NCBI GenBank assembly: GCA_964291625.2
Contig: OZ220089.1
Coordinates: 1,952,001-2,016,000 of the forward strand
Source of the DNA: Candidatus Latescibacterota bacterium
GTDB taxonomy: Bacteria; Latescibacterota; UBA2968; UBA8231
Direction of reading: 5' to 3'
DNA: 64,000 nucleotides
In this document: positions 1 through 11,800 of the stretch, in pieces
Position numbering within the stretch: the stretch's first letter is position 1
Layout: each line of letters begins with the position of its first letter
Program-made: the position numbers and the translations under genes
The notes under the pieces: model-generated
The model's database searches: none
Seen by the model: only the letters and a program-made list of their open reading frames with translations
What the model was told of the DNA's origin: nothing

Positions 1-1520
<1,520 letters not shown>

Positions 1521-1532
1521 TTACGAGAGTCC

Positions 1533-1559
1533 GTAGCACTCCCGCTACGAGAGTGCTAC
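1533..1559. promoter_or_regulatory. CIRCE operator (HrcA site)
   Basis: GTAGCACTC-N9-GAGTGCTAC is a perfect inverted repeat nearly identical to the consensus TTAGCACTC-N9-GAGTGCTAA. It lies about 50 bp upstream of groEL. Confidence 0.95.
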
Positions 1560-1854
1560 ACGCCTTTTCTCAGTCCGAGAAGTTACCGCGAGAGTGTGGG
1601 GAGCGCAAGCGCCGCTTGGCAGGCGCACTCCCCCCCGGGGCGAGCCCGCCCGGCACTCCCCAACCCCCGGCTCTTCCGGAAGCCCCCGGGCGGCCACGGC
1701 CGGACCGGGCGCCCGGACCCGCCAACGGCCGCATGGCCGCGCGGGCCCCGGCGCGGCGGGCACCCCGGTTGCCGGGAAATCCCGGACCGGCTATCTTCCA
1801 CGGCTGCGAAAATCCCCCATTCCTTCAACGAAAACAACAACTTAGCGGACCCTC

Positions 1855-3225
1855 ATGATCGACCTGCTCGACATCGCCCGCACCGAGGCCGCCGGCGGCG
1901 ACCTCCTCGGCCTCCTCGAGGGGCTCTTCGAGTCCAGCGAGGTACGCCCCGAAGGCTATCCCGACGCCGTCATCTGGCAGGGCGGCAACCACGATGCCGG
2001 GGTGGCCCCCGTGGCCCACTCCCTCACCGACGCCTATGCCCTCCTCGGCACCCTCTCCGCCCTCGACGTCCTTGGACTGCCCTGCTACGGCGTCCCCATG
2101 TGGGCCCAGTACCGCCACGACCTCGATCTGGCCCCGCTCGCCTGGTTCGGGAACATGCCGTGCACGTCGATCAAGTGGTCCACCGCCGGCGACGCCTACG
2201 TCAACGACGGCCGCGGCGGCCGCGTGGTGGTGAAGGGCAAGTCCGGCAACGCCCAGCTGCGGACCCAGGCCGGGGTCTACTGCAACGTGCGCCCCTACGG
2301 GACGATCACCGTGGTGCGCTGCATGCCCTGCCTGCCGTACTCCCAGGACCGGGCCCGTTTCGCCGTCGACGGAGGGACCGGCCACATCCACTCCGAGATG
2401 AACACGCCGGGGATCCAGATGGCCTACGCCAACCGGCGGTTCCTGCAGATGGTGCACGAGACCGGCCGCCTGGGGCGCGTCGCCTTCAAGCCGACCCAGG
2501 CCATGGAGGACGGCATCAACGCCGGCCTGTTGTCGTGGCTGCTGCAGGACACGCGCTTCGAGGTGGGCCGCAAGTACGCCGTCGACGGCTACGTGGAGCA
2601 CCGCGAGCACGTGGACCGCATCATCTCCCTCCTGCCGCCGGACTTCAAGTCCGGCATGGAGAGCTGGGGTGGCCGCATCGAGCAGCACATCGCCGACACC
2701 AGCTACGGCCTGCTGCTCTGGGACCTCATCAACAAGGAGGAGGTCATCGTCCTGGCCACCGACCTCGACGGCGACCGCCTCACCGACCTGCTCGCCGATG
2801 TCTCCGACCCGCTGCGCCACTTCGGGCAGCTCGTCGTCGACCACGTCGGCTCCGGGGCGAGGATGGACGACATCTGGGGCCGCATGGGCTACACCACCGG
2901 CAACGGCCGCGACATGACCTCGGTCATGCACCGCATGGCCGGCCCCCCCATCCACGAGCAGACCCTGGGTTCCGCCGACGCCATGCTCCAGAGGCTCCTC
3001 GACGGCGACGAGTCCATGGGCGGCACCAAGCGGCCCTACGACCCGCGCATCCACTTCGTCCTCATCCGCGACGCCTATCTCGACGCGAACCCCGGCCACA
3101 CCGAGCTGCGCCAGTGGCTCGACCGCTCCCTGGACGCCTTCGACGAGGTCTACGGGGGCACCCGGCCCGGGTTCCTCGAGGGCTACCGCAGCCTGAAAGA
3201 GGCGATCGCCCCCTGGGGGTCCTGA
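1855..3225 (+). CDS. Divergent isocitrate/isopropylmalate dehydrogenase-family protein
   Basis: 456 aa ORF with strong GC3 bias. Motifs in the correct order: [58 protein letters not shown]. Confidence 0.65.
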   Translation: MIDLLDIARTEAAGGDLLGLLEGLFESSEVRPEGYPDAVIWQGGNHDAGVAPVAHSLTDAYALLGTLSALDVLGLPCYGVPMWAQYRHDLDLAPLAWFGNMPCTSIKWSTAGDAYVNDGRGGRVVVKGKSGNAQLRTQAGVYCNVRPYGTITVVRCMPCLPYSQDRARFAVDGGTGHIHSEMNTPGIQMAYANRRFLQMVHETGRLGRVAFKPTQAMEDGINAGLLSWLLQDTRFEVGRKYAVDGYVEHREHVDRIISLLPPDFKSGMESWGGRIEQHIADTSYGLLLWDLINKEEVIVLATDLDGDRLTDLLADVSDPLRHFGQLVVDHVGSGARMDDIWGRMGYTTGNGRDMTSVMHRMAGPPIHEQTLGSADAMLQRLLDGDESMGGTKRPYDPRIHFVLIRDAYLDANPGHTELRQWLDRSLDAFDEVYGGTRPGFLEGYRSLKEAIAPWGS

Positions 3226-3226
3226 C

Positions 3227-3703
3227 GTGGCCGACTCCGGACGCCTGACCCACCTCGACGAGTCGGGCCGCGTGAAGATGGTGGACATCTCCGGAAAGCC
3301 GGTGAGCGAGCGCCTGGCCCGCGCCGGCGGCCGCATCCGCATGCGCCCGGCCACGGTGCGCCGCATCTCGGAACAGACCGTGGCCAAGGGCAACGTCCTG
3401 GAGACGGCGCGCATCGCCGGGATCCAGGCCGCCAAGAGGACGGCGGACCTCATCCCCCTCTGCCACTCCCTCAACCTGACCGCCGTCGAGGTGGAGTTCA
3501 CCCTCGGCGAGGACCGCGTCGAGGTGGAGACCGCGGCGAGGCTGGCGGACCGCACCGGCGTGGAGATGGAGGCCCTCACGGCCGCCGCCGTGGCCCTGCT
3601 GACGATCTACGACATGTGCAAGGGCGTCGACCGCGAGATGGTGATCGACGAAGTGCGCCTGCTGGAGAAGCGGGGCGGCGCCGGCGGCGACTACGCGCGC
3701 TGA
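3227..3703 (+). CDS. moaC: Cyclic pyranopterin monophosphate synthase MoaC
   Basis: [31 protein letters not shown] and IYDMCK signatures. Confidence 0.97.
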   Translation: MADSGRLTHLDESGRVKMVDISGKPVSERLARAGGRIRMRPATVRRISEQTVAKGNVLETARIAGIQAAKRTADLIPLCHSLNLTAVEVEFTLGEDRVEVETAARLADRTGVEMEALTAAAVALLTIYDMCKGVDREMVIDEVRLLEKRGGAGGDYAR

Positions 3704-3719
3704 CCGCGGTCCCCGGACG

Positions 3720-4646
3720 TCACCCCAGGAGGCCGGCCAGCTTGAGTAGCACCGCCTTCTGGCTGTGCATGCGGTTCTCGGCCTGGTCGAAGACCACCGA
3801 GCGCGGGTCCTCCACCAGCTCCGCCTCGATCTCGTAGCCCCGGTGGGCGGGCAGGCAGTGCATGATCAGCGGGTCGAGGCCGCGGAGCAGGTCGCGGCTC
3901 AACTGATAGGGCCGCAGGGCCCGCAGGCGCCGCTCCTTCTCGGCGGCGAAGGCGGGATCGTCGAAGTACTCCATGTCGAGCCAGGTGTCGGTGTAGACCA
4001 CGTCGCAGCCGGCCACTCCTTCCGCCGGATCGTCGGTCTCCACGTAGCGGCCGGAGGCCCGCGCCTCGGCCAGCAGCCCGTCGTCGACGGCGGCCTCGTT
4101 CACCTCGGGGGCGACGACGGTGACGTGCATGCCGGTCTTGAGGCCGGCGGCGATGAGCGAGTTCGTGACGTTGTTGCGGACACCGATGTAGGTGAGGCGC
4201 ACCCCCTCCAGACGGCCGAGCTTCTCCTGCACCGTCTGCAGGTCGCACAAGGCCTGCAGCGGATGGTAGCGGTCGCAGCAGCCGTTCATCACCGGCGCCT
4301 CGGCGGAGGCCGCCGCCGTGACCACGTCGGCGTGGTCCAGGAAGCGCACCAGGAGGAAGTCGAAGTAGCGCCCCAGGACGCGGATCTCGTCGGCCAGGTG
4401 GGCGAGACCGAAGTTGGTGGCCCGCCAGTCGAGGTAGACCGAGTGTCCGCCGAGCTGCGCCATGCCGACCTCGCCGGAGCAGCGAGTCCGCGTCGAGGTC
4501 TTCTGGAACAGCAGCGCCAGGGAGCGGCCCTTCAGAGCCTCGATGAAGGCCCCGGGGTCCGCCTTCAGGTGCCGGCCGGCGTCGACGACCTGGAGGATCT
4601 CCGCGGCGCTCCAGTCCTTGAGCGTCACCAGGTGGCCGGGGTTCAT
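3720..4646 (-). CDS. argF: Ornithine carbamoyltransferase
   Basis: FQKTSTRTR, HPLQ, MHCLPAHRG and QAENR motifs. Start placed at MNPGHL (4646), overlapping the upstream stop. Confidence 0.88.
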   Translation of the reverse strand: MNPGHLVTLKDWSAAEILQVVDAGRHLKADPGAFIEALKGRSLALLFQKTSTRTRCSGEVGMAQLGGHSVYLDWRATNFGLAHLADEIRVLGRYFDFLLVRFLDHADVVTAAASAEAPVMNGCCDRYHPLQALCDLQTVQEKLGRLEGVRLTYIGVRNNVTNSLIAAGLKTGMHVTVVAPEVNEAAVDDGLLAEARASGRYVETDDPAEGVAGCDVVYTDTWLDMEYFDDPAFAAEKERRLRALRPYQLSRDLLRGLDPLIMHCLPAHRGYEIEAELVEDPRSVVFDQAENRMHSQKAVLLKLAGLLG

Positions 4647-5620
4647 GGCAACATCTCCTCCACCGCGGCCAGCAGGCGCGACCGCACCGCCCCCGCCTGT
4701 CCCTCGATGCGGCAGCCCGAGGCCTGGGGGTGGCCGCCGCCGCCGAAGCGGCGGGCCACGGCGCTCACGTCCATGTCGTCGTCGCGGGACCTCAGGCTGA
4801 CGCGGAACCGGCCCGGCTCCTCCTCCCGGAGCAGGGCGGCCGCCTCCACCCCCCTCACCATCAGGCCGTAGTTGACGATCGCCTCGGGGTCGCCCAGGGC
4901 CAGGTCCCGCCGGCTCAGCCCCAGGAGGGCGACGCGGTCCCCGCAGTGCAGCTCGAGGGAGTCGATGGCCCGCCCGATCAGCTTGACCGAGCCCAGGGTG
5001 GCGTTGCTGTAGAGGCCGTCGGCGACGCGGTCGAGCCGCGCCCCCCGGCGCCGGAGGTCGGCGCCCACCTCCATCGACGTGGGCGTGGTCAGGGAATAGC
5101 GGAAGCAGCAGGTGTCGAAGAGGAGGCCCGCGGCGAGCAGCTCCGACAGGCTCCGGTCGAGCTCCAGGTCCATGTGCACGGCCAGGTGGTAGAGCATCTC
5201 GCAGGTGGAGGAGACGGCGTCGGAGACCAGGTTCGCCGACCCGAAGCGCTGGTTGTCCGCATGGTGGTCGATGTTGAGCACCGATGCGCCGTCGGCCAGG
5301 CACTCCGCCACCGGGCCGGTGCGCGCTAGGCTGGAGCTGTCGAGGACGATGGCCCGCTGGTGGCCGCCGCCCGCGGCGCCGGCCTCGACGATGCCGCCGG
5401 TCCCCGGGAGAAAGGCGTAGGCGTCGCCGGGCCTCTCCTCGAGGACCGCCGTCGAGGCCTTTCCGAGCTGGCCCAGCAGGCCCTCCATGGCCAGGACCGC
5501 GCCGATGGCGTCGCCGTCGGCGTTGACGTGGGAGGTGACCAGGAAGCCGTCGCCTCCGCGCAGGAAGTCGGCGGCGGCATCGAAATCGGAGACCGGGATC
5601 TCTGTGGGCCGGGCGGGCAT
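4643..5620 (-). CDS. nrnA: DHH/DHHA1 phosphoesterase (NrnA-like oligoribonuclease/pAp phosphatase)
   Basis: HVNADGDA, IDHH, DT..F and GGGGHPQASG motifs. Confidence 0.88.
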   Translation of the reverse strand: MPARPTEIPVSDFDAAADFLRGGDGFLVTSHVNADGDAIGAVLAMEGLLGQLGKASTAVLEERPGDAYAFLPGTGGIVEAGAAGGGHQRAIVLDSSSLARTGPVAECLADGASVLNIDHHADNQRFGSANLVSDAVSSTCEMLYHLAVHMDLELDRSLSELLAAGLLFDTCCFRYSLTTPTSMEVGADLRRRGARLDRVADGLYSNATLGSVKLIGRAIDSLELHCGDRVALLGLSRRDLALGDPEAIVNYGLMVRGVEAAALLREEEPGRFRVSLRSRDDDMDVSAVARRFGGGGHPQASGCRIEGQAGAVRSRLLAAVEEMLP

Positions 5621-5627
5621 GGTCGGC

Positions 5628-6389
5628 TCAGCGGCGCAGGACGAAGTGGACGCGGTCGCAGAGGTCGGAGCCCGGCCGCAGGCTGAAGCCGTCGAGAAGC
5701 TCGACGAGGTCGAAGGGGCTGGCGTCGACGGCGGCGGCCAGCTCGCCGCACTCGTAGATGCGCTGCACGTGGGTCTCCCGGACCCGGGATCCGTCCTCGA
5801 AGCAGATGTCGAAGTCGTTGTGCTGGAGGCGTTCGTCGGAGGAGTAGTGGCTGTGCCGGCGAAAGCTGAAGCCGCGGCCGCGCTCGGAGCTGCGCACGTC
5901 CCCGAAGTGACGCACGGAGTTCTGCTCGGTGCAGATGTCGAAGATAAAGACCGCGCCCTCCGGCAGCACGCCGTGCACCTGGGTCAGGGCCTCCCCCACC
6001 TCTTCGAGGGTCAGCAGGTAGTTCAGGCTGTCGTAGAGGCACACGGCGGCCCCGTGCTCCCCGACCCCCGACAGGTCCCGCAGGTCGCGGACACCGAAGC
6101 GCAGGTCCCCCTGCTGACGGGCGGCCTTCTCGCGGGCCACCCGGACCATCTCCTCGGAGGCATCGTACCCGGTGAGGCGGTAACCCGCCGCCGCCAGGGC
6201 GAAGGAGGCGTTGCCGGTGCCGCAGGCCAGGTCCAGAAGACGGCCGGGCTCGCACTCGTGGCGCCGCAGCAGGGAGGCGACATAGTTGGCCCAGGCCGGG
6301 TAGTCGACGTGGCGCATCACGAAGTCGTAGATCGAGGCCAGGCCCTCGTACGGCCGGCGCTCGAGGACGGCGGGCTCAGGGCTCGTCAT
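5628..6389 (-). CDS. Class I SAM-dependent methyltransferase
   Basis: LLDLACGTG motif I; DSLNYL. Confidence 0.9.
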   Translation of the reverse strand: MTSPEPAVLERRPYEGLASIYDFVMRHVDYPAWANYVASLLRRHECEPGRLLDLACGTGNASFALAAAGYRLTGYDASEEMVRVAREKAARQQGDLRFGVRDLRDLSGVGEHGAAVCLYDSLNYLLTLEEVGEALTQVHGVLPEGAVFIFDICTEQNSVRHFGDVRSSERGRGFSFRRHSHYSSDERLQHNDFDICFEDGSRVRETHVQRIYECGELAAAVDASPFDLVELLDGFSLRPGSDLCDRVHFVLRR

Positions 6390-6669
6390 CGAAGGACAGA
6401 ACCTCCGCCGGCAGGGCCTCGCGCCGCAGCTCGCGTACGTAGTGGGAGCGCTGCGAGCGCGCCACCGGCCGCAGCGGCAGGTCGAGGACCTCCACCTCCA
6501 GGCGGTGGCCGCCGGCCTCGACCTCGAGGATCTCGCCGACGCGCACCGCCCGGGAGCCGCGGGCCGGGGTCCCGCCGATGCGCACCCGGCCCTCGTCGCA
6601 GGACCGCCGGGCCCGCGAGCGGGACTTGAAGAGACCCGCGTTCTTCAGGAAGGCGTCGAGGCGCACCAC
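6376..6669 (-). CDS. S4-domain RNA-binding protein (Hsp15/YabO-like)
   Basis: VRLDAFL...SRSRARRSCDEGRVRIGG S4 pattern. Confidence 0.88.
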   Translation of the reverse strand: MVRLDAFLKNAGLFKSRSRARRSCDEGRVRIGGTPARGSRAVRVGEILEVEAGGHRLEVEVLDLPLRPVARSQRSHYVRELRREALPAEVLSFDDEP

Positions 6670-6673
6670 GGGC

Positions 6674-8026
6674 TCAGCGGTCTTCCCCGGGTTCCCGTGC
6701 CGCGGCGGAGTCCTGCCGAGCAGCCGAATCGGCGGCCGCGGCGCCCAGGGGGTCCCAGAGCCACTCGTCGTCGAGGCGCTCCTCCACGTGGATCTCCTGC
6801 CGGTACTCGGCGATGACCTCCTCCATGCGGTGGGCGACCCGCTCTTCGCGGACCAGGGCCTCCAGGGTCGCGAAGTCGTCGTTGATCTTGAAGATGTGGC
6901 CGCCCGTATCGAGGATGACCGGCTCGCTCACGCCGCCGAGACCGAGGTGCCCGATGAAAGGGTCCAGGACGTCGGGAATGGCGGCGCGGTCGAGGATCTG
7001 CCACAGCCCGCCCTGGCGGGCCGAGTGCGGGTCCTCGGAGTGGTCCCGAGCCAGCTGGGCGAAGTCCTCCCCCGCCAGGGCCCGGCGGCGCAGATCCTCG
7101 AGCCGGTCCCGCACCCGCTCCCGGTCGGCCTCGGTGGTCCGCGCCCGCACCAGGATGTGGCTGACGCACATCTCCCCCTCGCGCTTTTCGTGCAGCAGGA
7201 TCAGGTGGAAGCCGAAGCGCGTCAGCACCGGCGCGCTCGTCTCGCCGGGACGCAGGTCGATGGCGGCGCGCTCGAAGTCGGCCGTGAGGGTGCCCGGCGA
7301 GAAGCACCCCAGGTCGCCCCCCGCCGCGGCGGTGCCGGGATCCTCCGACAGCCGGCGGGCGACCTCGGCGAACTCCTCTCCCGAGTCGAGGCGCCCCTGG
7401 ATACGGTCGATCCGCTCCCGGGCGCGCAGACGCACCGAGTCGGCGGGGACGATCTTGAGGTTGATCTGGCTCACCGAGACCTTCGGCGGCGGCGAATCGA
7501 GCCAGGCCTCGCGGAAGGCTTCCACGTCCCGCCGGGTGAGGTACTGCTGGTAGGCCAGCTGCGAGACCATCTGGTCGTAGAGGAGGCGGTTGCGGATGCG
7601 CTTGCGCTCCCGCGCCTTCAACTGGCGTTCGGTCATGCCCGAGTTCTCCAGAAGCTGCTCCAGCTCGCCCGGCCCCATGGAGGCGCGCATGCGTCCGAAC
7701 TCGGCGTTGAGGTATTCCTCGACCTGCACCGGATCGACCTCGATGCTGTCCTTCTGCGCCTTCTTCACCACCACCAGCTCGGCCACCATGTCCTCGAGGA
7801 CGCGGCGGCGCTCCTCGGCCACATCCTCGAGTTCGAGGAAGGCCGGGTTGCGCCCTTGCTGCTGCAGCTGGAGCAGGGTCCGCAACTCCAACTCCGACCA
7901 CAACACCACCTGGTCGTCGACGACGGCGACGATGCGGTCCAGGAGCTCCGGCTCCGCCTGCCCCCGGGAGGGGAAGAGGGCGCAACAGGCCAGGAGGCCG
8001 AGGAACCAGCGCGCCCAGGCCTTCAT
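6674..8026 (-). CDS. surA: SurA-like periplasmic chaperone/parvulin PPIase
   Basis: Signal peptide; LDRIVAVVDDQVVLWSEL SurA N-domain; two parvulin domains (FAEVARRLSEDP..GGDLG, FGFHLI; FAQLARDHSED). Confidence 0.85.
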   Translation of the reverse strand: MKAWARWFLGLLACCALFPSRGQAEPELLDRIVAVVDDQVVLWSELELRTLLQLQQQGRNPAFLELEDVAEERRRVLEDMVAELVVVKKAQKDSIEVDPVQVEEYLNAEFGRMRASMGPGELEQLLENSGMTERQLKARERKRIRNRLLYDQMVSQLAYQQYLTRRDVEAFREAWLDSPPPKVSVSQINLKIVPADSVRLRARERIDRIQGRLDSGEEFAEVARRLSEDPGTAAAGGDLGCFSPGTLTADFERAAIDLRPGETSAPVLTRFGFHLILLHEKREGEMCVSHILVRARTTEADRERVRDRLEDLRRRALAGEDFAQLARDHSEDPHSARQGGLWQILDRAAIPDVLDPFIGHLGLGGVSEPVILDTGGHIFKINDDFATLEALVREERVAHRMEEVIAEYRQEIHVEERLDDEWLWDPLGAAAADSAARQDSAAAREPGEDR

Positions 8027-8853
8027 CGGCCCCTCAACATGGTTTCGTCGATCTCCCAGCTGTGCTCCTCCCGCAGGCTGTCGACGAGGGCGTGAATGCG
8101 CCCCCGGTACCCCTCCCGGACCAGGGCCTCCTCGATGTTCCGCCGCACCCCCGCCTCGTCGAGGGAGCGCAGGCTGCCGGCCCCCTGCCGGTCCCGCAGG
8201 CGCGCGATGTGCCAGCCGCGGCCGGTGGCGACGACGTCCGAGACCTCCCCCGGCTTCAGGTCGGCGCAGGCCTCCCACAGCTCCGGCCTCTCCCGGGCGG
8301 AGAAGTAGCCGAGGTCGCCCGAGGACGCCGCCGTTGCCTCGTCGAGGGAGACCTCGGCCACGCGGCCGTCGAAGCCGCCATCGCTGAGCAGCTCCTGCCG
8401 CAGGCTCTCGGCGGCGCGCCGCGAGTCGAGCAGGATGTGCTGCGCCCGGATCTCGTCCTCCTGGCGCGTGAACTCCCCGGGGTTGCGGTCGTAGTAGCCC
8501 TGCACGTCCCCCGGGTCGATCTCGATCGACCGGCTCTCGAACTCGCTGTCGAGGTAGGCGGCCACGATGACGTCCTCGCGGGACTGCTCGACGAGACGCT
8601 GGATCCTCGGCCTCTCGTGGACCTGCCTCTCCAGGGCCTCCTGGTAGAGCAGCTGCCGGCGGACCCAGTCCCCCACGAACCGCCGCCGCTGCTCCAGCCC
8701 CGCGTCGCCGGGGACCTGGGCCTCCAGCTCGAGCCGGGTGAGGGACGACGCGCCCACGCGGGCCACCTCCTCCTCCCGTTCGGGCGAGGAGCAGCCGGCG
8801 AGGGAGGCGGCGAGGAGGGCCCCCGCCGGGCGGCTACACCAGTTGTTCCACAA
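8023..8853 (-). CDS. PpiC-type peptidyl-prolyl isomerase lipoprotein
   Basis: Lipobox LAGC; IRAQHILL, SGDLGYF and GWHI parvulin motifs. Confidence 0.85.
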   Translation of the reverse strand: MWNNWCSRPAGALLAASLAGCSSPEREEEVARVGASSLTRLELEAQVPGDAGLEQRRRFVGDWVRRQLLYQEALERQVHERPRIQRLVEQSREDVIVAAYLDSEFESRSIEIDPGDVQGYYDRNPGEFTRQEDEIRAQHILLDSRRAAESLRQELLSDGGFDGRVAEVSLDEATAASSGDLGYFSARERPELWEACADLKPGEVSDVVATGRGWHIARLRDRQGAGSLRSLDEAGVRRNIEEALVREGYRGRIHALVDSLREEHSWEIDETMLRGR

Positions 8854-11800
8854 GGTCGCGGGCCTTCGCCAGCCGCTCCTGCTCGTCCGCGGCGCGCAGG
8901 AAGGTCTCGATGGTCAGCCCCTTGCCGACCTTGAACTCCAGCTCGGACGACGACTTCTCCACCAGCCGCTGCAGGTCGGCGGGGGGGACCTGCCGGGTCT
9001 CGGGGAAGCTCATCCGGAACCGGGACTTCTCCAGCTGCACCGACTCCAGCCCGAGCTGCCGCGCCATGACCTTTATCTCCATGATGTGGAGCAGGGACGC
9101 CGCCTGCCACGGCAGGCGTCCGAAGCGGTCCTCCAGCTCCTCGCGGACGGTCAGGAGGTCGACGATGCGCCCCGCCCCGGCCAGGCGCTGGTAGAACTCC
9201 ATCTTGAGGTCGGTGTCGGGCACGTAGTCGTCGGGCAGGTAGGCGGTGACGGCGATCTTGATGTCGGGATCGGCGGCGTGCTCCACCCGCTCCCCCTTCA
9301 GCTCCCGCACCGCTTCGTCGAGGAGCCGCGTGTAGAGGTCGAAGCCGATGGCGGTGATGAACCCGTGCTGCTGCGCCCCCAGGAGGTTGCCGGCGCCGCG
9401 GATCTCCATGTCGCGCATGGCGATGTTGAAGCCCGAGCCGAGGTCGGCGAACTCCTCCACGGCGCGCAGGCGCAGGCGCGACTTGCGGGTCAGCCGCTTG
9501 CCCTTGGGCACCAGGAGGTAGGCGAAGGCGCGCTCCTTCGAGCGTCCTACGCGGCCCCGGATCTGGTAGAGCTGGGAGAGGCCCAGCATGTCGGCGCGGT
9601 TGACCAGGATCGTGTTCACGGAAGGGATGTCGATGCCGGACTCTATGATCATGGTACTGACGAGGCAGTCGTACTTCCGTTCCAGGAAGTCGAGCATGAT
9701 CTTCTCGAGCTGGCGGGCCGGCATCTGGCCGTGGGCCACGGCGAAGCGCACCTGGGGCAGCAACTCGGACAGGTACTGCGCCAGGCTGTGGATCGACTGC
9801 ACGCGGTTGTGGACGAAGTAGACCTGCCCTCCACGTTCGACCTCGCGCTCGATGGCCGCGGAGATACGCCCCTCGTCGAAGGTGATGATCTCGGTGTGGA
9901 TCGGCAGCCGGTCCTGGGGCGGCGTGTTGATCACCGACATGTCGCGGGCCCCCATGAGAGACAGGTGCAGGGTCCGCGGGATCGGCGTCGCCGTGAGGGT
10001 GATGACGTCCACCTGGCGCTTGAGCTGCTTCAGGCGCTCCTTGTGGCGCACGCCGAAGCGCTGCTCCTCGTCGACCACCAGGAGCCCCAGGTCGCGGAAG
10101 CGGATGTCGCGGCCCAGGAGGCGGTGGGTGCCGATGAGGATATCCACCTTGCCCGCCTTCACGTCCTCCACCACCTGCTTCTGCTCCCGCGCCGTGCGAA
10201 ACCGGGAGAGGACCTCCACCCTCACCGGGAAGGGCTCCATGCGCTCGGAGAACACCTGCAGGTGCTGCTGCGCCAGGATCGTCGTCGGCACCAGCACCGC
10301 CACCTGCTTGTGGTCGCACACGGCCTTGAAGGCGGCGCGCACCGCCACCTCCGTCTTGCCGTAACCCACGTCGCCGCAGACCAGGCGGTCCATGGGGTGG
10401 GGCGCCTCCATATCGCGCTTCACCTCCTCCACGGTGCGCAGTTGGTCCGGCGTCTCGGTGAAGGGGAAGGAGGCCTCCAGCTCGCGCAGCATCGGCGAGT
10501 CCCCGGAGAACCCGACCCCCGGCAGGGACTTGCGCTCGGCGTAGAGCTGGATCAGCTCGGCCGCGGCCTTGAAGATCTCCTCCCGGGTGCGCTCCTTGAG
10601 CTTCTCCCAGGCCCCCGAGCCGAGCTTGCTGAGCAGCGGCGGAGCCCCGTCGGCGCCGGTGTAGCGGCGCAGCCGGTCGAGTTGCTCCACGGGCACGAAG
10701 AGCTTGTCCCGGCCCTGGTACGTGACCTCCAGGCAGTCGTGGTCGCGGTTGGTGATCGTCAGCCGCCGCAGCCCGAGGTAGCGGCCGATGCCGTGGTCCA
10801 CGTGGACCACGAAGTCGCCAACACCCAGGGCGTCGAAGGAGGAGATCGGCTTGGCCGCCTTGAAGCGGCGGTAGCGGTGGCGGCTCTTGTTGCGCGAGAA
10901 GATCTCGTGGTCGTTGAGAATCGCCACCTTCGCCTCGGGGTAGACGAAGCCGCGGCTGAGGTTGCCGAGGCCGAAGACGACGTCGTCGCCCCAATCGGCG
11001 AAGATCTCCTGCAGGCGGCTCGACTGGCCCCGGGTCTCGCTGAGGATGTGGACCGCGTAGTTCTCGCGGCCGAGGCGGGCGACCTCCTCGCGGAGGACGT
11101 TCAGGTCGCCCTGGACCAGGCGCGGCTCGGCGGCGCCGAAGCGCACCGCCTCCCCGCCCTCGCCCACGGGAGCGGTCCGGACCCGGGGATGGCGCCCCAC
11201 CTGCCGGTGGAGCCAGGCGGTCTCGCGCACCAGGCGCTCCGGCGGCAGATGGGTGCCGCGGCCGGCGTGGCGCTCGTGATCGCGCCGCGAAGGGGCCTGC
11301 TGCTTCTCCACGTCGGCGTCGATGTCGTCGGTCTCGTCGGCCCAGACCACGGCATCGGCGGGGAGGTACTCGAAGAGGCCGTCGCCCGGGCCGTAGAGCA
11401 CGCCCATCACCGCCTCGATGCCCTCCAAGGTGGCGGTGCCGAGCTCGAGCTGGTCCTTGACCTCGATGAGGTCGACGCCGGTCTCCTTCTCGGCGCTCTC
11501 GAGATTGGGCACGAAATCGTCGAAGAAGGGAGAGTGCAGGACGACCTCGCACACCGGCAGCACGACCGCCTCCGGGCAGGCCTCGAGGGAGCGCTGGGTG
11601 CCCACGTCGAAGGTGCGGATCGACTCGATCTCGTCGTCGAAGAACTCCAGTCGCAGCGGGTGCTCGACGCCGGGGGGATAGATGTCGAGGATGCCGCCGC
11701 GGGAGCTGAACTGGCCGAGGCCGTCGACGATGGGCACGCGCTCGAAGCCGGCGTCGACGAGATGGGAGACCAGGTCGTCGAGGGGCTGGACCTGGCCGCA

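Noticed and set aside
1600-1850. GC-rich hairpins and an IHF-like site between groEL and the next gene
   Set aside because: No riboswitch consensus recognised; the IHF-like match (1832-1844) is imperfect and unsupported.
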